In this document: piece after piece, positions 61,509 to 64,000 of the stretch
Numbering within the stretch: the first letter of the stretch is position 1
How the letters are laid out: each line of letters starts with the position of its first letter
NCBI GenBank assembly: GCA_965230295.1
Contig: OZ246001.1
Coordinates: 3,104,001-3,168,000, forward strand
Reading direction: 5' to 3'
DNA from: Marinicella sp.
Lineage (GTDB): Bacteria; Pseudomonadota; Gammaproteobacteria; Xanthomonadales; Marinicellaceae
Length of the DNA: 64,000 nt
The notes under the pieces: model-generated
Database searches by the model: none
Seen by the model: the letters and a program-made list of their open reading frames with translations, nothing else
What the model was told of the DNA's origin: nothing
Made by a program: the position numbers and the translations under genes

Positions 61509-62423
61509 ATGAATAAACTGAAACATACCATGGTGCTTTTATTACTGAGCCTGACTTTTTGGGTGAACAGCGTTTTTGCTTCAACCGAACTGACGGTGGT
61601 TTCACCCTCGACAGAGGTGGGGCATGATCTGGATCTGATGGCAGTCGGTGAGATTTTTAAAGGCACCGAAAACCTGGAGGCTTTTGAATGGGCCATCAAT
61701 GATCCACAAACCGGGGTCAATAACCTGGATCTGGACAACAATGGTCTGGTTGATTACCTGCGGGTGGTGGAAGAGGTCACAAATGGCACACATTTGATCA
61801 TCATACAAGCAACCCTGGCTCATAACGATTACCAGGACGTGGCCACCATTCAGGTGGAACGTATCAATGAACAATACCAAGTACAAATCCACGGTCACGA
61901 AGTGATTTACGGTCCTGAATATTATGTGGTGCCTACTCATGTGCATGTCAGTGCCTGGCCCATTATAACCTGGATCACGCGTCCACTGTACCGCCCCTAT
62001 AAGTCAGTATACTATTGGGGTTTCTACCCCAGGTTGTGGAAGCCATGGCGTCCTGTACACATCAGTGCGTACCGTCCCAAGGTGGTCAGATACACGGGCA
62101 GAAGCACTTTTGTGGTAACCAAAACAAGACGTGTGAAACCGGTGACCCGTGTGGTTTATAAGCCACGCACATCGACCAAGGTCAGTAAAAGTTTACATAT
62201 GAGTAAAACCACTCGACCCAATGGAACCGCAACCACCCGTGTTGGGGTAAAGAAAACCACCACCAAAGCCAATGGTACAAAGGTGACAAAAAAGTCCGGG
62301 GTATCGAAGACGCGCAACAAAAATACTGGGGCCACTACGGTCAAGAAAAGTAAGCAAAAGACCAAAACCAATTCAAAAGGTCAAAAAACCAAGGTTAAAA
62401 AGACCACTTATAAGAAGAAATGA
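61509..62423 (+). CDS. Secreted hypothetical protein with DxDxNG motif and Lys/Thr-rich basic tail
   Basis: AAGGAG SD, signal peptide, NNLDLDNNGLVDYLRV, aromatic/Pro-rich segment, K/T-rich C-terminus. Confidence 0.8.
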   Translation: MNKLKHTMVLLLLSLTFWVNSVFASTELTVVSPSTEVGHDLDLMAVGEIFKGTENLEAFEWAINDPQTGVNNLDLDNNGLVDYLRVVEEVTNGTHLIIIQATLAHNDYQDVATIQVERINEQYQVQIHGHEVIYGPEYYVVPTHVHVSAWPIITWITRPLYRPYKSVYYWGFYPRLWKPWRPVHISAYRPKVVRYTGRSTFVVTKTRRVKPVTRVVYKPRTSTKVSKSLHMSKTTRPNGTATTRVGVKKTTTKANGTKVTKKSGVSKTRNKNTGATTVKKSKQKTKTNSKGQKTKVKKTTYKKK

Positions 62424-62440
62424 TTGAAGTCAAAACCAAT

Positions 62441-62531
62441 GAAAAGCCGGTTGAAACAGGACCGGCTTTTCAGTTTGGTTGATTAATTACAACTTGGACG
62501 CACAAAGGGTGTTGGCCCTTTGTGCGTTTTT
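62441..62531. terminator. Two hairpin terminators between convergent genes
   Basis: GAAAAGCCGGT...ACCGGCTTTTC and GACGCACAAAGGG...CCCTTTGTGCGTT plus T-run. Confidence 0.75.
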
Positions 62532-62538
62532 CTTTCAG

Positions 62539-63441
62539 TTATTCCCCATCTCTGTTTTTGACACGGAAGCGGGTCAGGTTAGCCACTGCAGAAAAGGCAG
62601 GGGCTACCAAGACCGCTTGGTTACTGGCGTCATAGGTGAGACCGTTGGGAAAAGTAACCCTGTTGCTGATGTCTTTGGTTCTGAAGCGGCCGTTATCTGG
62701 GTTTATTTTATATAAGGCCTGGGTTTGTATGCCAGTGGCGTAGATTCTGCCTTCAACAAATTCCAGGTGCCCAATAGCGTAAACAGCTTCAGGTGGTGTG
62801 GGCCTGGCAATAAAGTGTTGCTGGCCATTGGGTTCTATTTTGATCACCCTGCCATTATGGAGGTTGGCCGTGATGATGTTGCCTTGCTCATCCAGTGTGA
62901 TGCCCACAGGAGCGACCAGTAAATCACCTTGAGACAAAGTACTTACCACCCCATCAGGGCTGATTTTTTCTATGGCATCACCAGTCCCTAAACCGGTCGT
63001 TGGATCAGTAAGGCCGTATTGTGAAACATATAAATTACCCGAAGCATCAATCACAATGCCGGATGGGAACGGCAAGGTTTCGGCAAAAAACGTAACGGTG
63101 CCATCCGGGGTAATTTTACTGACAGACGCATTGAGAAAATTGGTTACATACAGGTTACCTGCCGCATCCTGTGCCATATCAATCGGCCCGGCCAGACCTT
63201 CGGCATAAACTGTGGTGTTGCCACCAGGGGTGATTTTGAAAACCCGGCTACCATTAAACCCCTCCGCCGCAAACACCGTTCCGTCTTCGGTGGCAAGCAG
63301 GGCATCCATGTTCAGAAATGCCAATGGTAAAGATCGTTCCAGTCGTTCTGGTTGCGCCATCAGGCTGTTGGTGCAACCTAAAAGCATGATACTGAACAAC
63401 AGTGAAATGGCTGATTGATAAATGTGTGATAGTTTCATCAT
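62539..63441 (-). CDS. Exported beta-propeller protein (NHL/SMP-30-like)
   Basis: Repeats PIDMAQDAAGNLYV, PSGIVIDASGNLYV, PVGITLDEQGNII; signal peptide with LLGC. Confidence 0.82.
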   Translation of the reverse strand: MMKLSHIYQSAISLLFSIMLLGCTNSLMAQPERLERSLPLAFLNMDALLATEDGTVFAAEGFNGSRVFKITPGGNTTVYAEGLAGPIDMAQDAAGNLYVTNFLNASVSKITPDGTVTFFAETLPFPSGIVIDASGNLYVSQYGLTDPTTGLGTGDAIEKISPDGVVSTLSQGDLLVAPVGITLDEQGNIITANLHNGRVIKIEPNGQQHFIARPTPPEAVYAIGHLEFVEGRIYATGIQTQALYKINPDNGRFRTKDISNRVTFPNGLTYDASNQAVLVAPAFSAVANLTRFRVKNRDGE

Positions 63442-63636
63442 TAAATCCTCTTGGTTTTGAGTTAAAAAACAAATTTAGTATGTATTTCGTAGATAGGCAG
63501 AACAACCGGGCTGTGATCAACCACCCCTTGGGTGGTGTGAAACACTAGATTGGTGACATGTTTAATTCGAAACTTGAACGGTGTGGGATATTTGTGTACG
63601 CTCGGCGCATGAAAAAGCAATTATTTTTAATACAAC

Positions 63637-64000
63637 ATGAAGCTTAAAAGCCTGGCCTGGTTGCTGTTATTTTGGCTCATTGTCGGGGCACTCTATTTAT
63701 TGAGCCTGTATCTGGATGCGCAAAAATTTAATACCGGGTTTCAATTGAGTTTTTCCGTGGTCGTCACCACTGTCTTGGTCTATGTGGGATGGACGAGTGT
63801 AACTGCGGTGCTGTATCAGTGGCTTAAAAAACCCATCACTGCAGGCAAGTGGTTCTCTGTTGTCAGGCTGTTAATCGCTGGAATGGTGGTCAGTGTGCCT
63901 TTGATTACCTACCTGGATCGAAGCGTGGTGGCCTTGCTCGAAAACCGGGAGGTGCCTTCTTTTTGGGCTTCCATGGGAAGCATACAGTATGTTTTGGTGT
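63637..64000 (+). CDS. Membrane protein, N-terminal part (possibly a LytS-like sensor kinase); truncated by the window end
   Basis: Open frame MKLKSLAWLLLFWLIVGALY... with several TM segments running off the edge. Confidence 0.55.
   Translation, partial: MKLKSLAWLLLFWLIVGALYLLSLYLDAQKFNTGFQLSFSVVVTTVLVYVGWTSVTAVLYQWLKKPITAGKWFSVVRLLIAGMVVSVPLITYLDRSVVALLENREVPSFWASMGSIQYVLV

Noticed and set aside
32000-64000. Prophage, integrase or defence system in the accessory region
   Set aside because: No recognisable phage, integrase, nuclease, reverse transcriptase or toxin-antitoxin motifs in the ORFs

Overview
Bacterial chromosome segment. Gene order and content suggest a marine Gammaproteobacterium of the Xanthomonadales/Marinicella-like group (inference). 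The first ~30 kb is mostly core: TetR/acyl-CoA-binding protein/fatty acyl-CoA reductase, exbBD-like-msbA-lpxK-kdsB, alaS-csrA, a six-tRNA cluster, tig-clpP-clpX-lon-hupB-tRNA-Val-tRNA-Asp-ppiD, an amidohydrolase pair, tRNA-Met and prfC. The rest is accessory, around ssrA (tmRNA): a ZnuD-like TonB receptor with a CxxC/RGPP leader ORF, small Cys-rich secreted proteins, a hybrid two-component sensor, large secreted proteins, an ECF sigma/Ser-Thr kinase pair and a DUF1800-DUF1501-cytochrome c operon. The most notable signals not explained by the ORF track are: (1) a ~300-nt non-coding array of about 14 GGA motifs, mostly in hairpin loops and ending in a terminator, directly behind a DUF6502-like gene (candidate CsrB-like CsrA sponge); (2) GGA-loop ~70-nt inserts in duplicated tRNA-Ser fragments right after csrA; (3) a shared C-terminal I(F/Y)x(D/N)GF(E) tail on three unrelated exported proteins, one an autotransporter-like passenger with no beta-barrel; (4) shuffled modular repeats in inverted orientation around the DUF1800/DUF1501 operon; (5) degenerate tmRNA fragments on both sides of ssrA. 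All assignments were made by eye; no database searches or folding programs were run.
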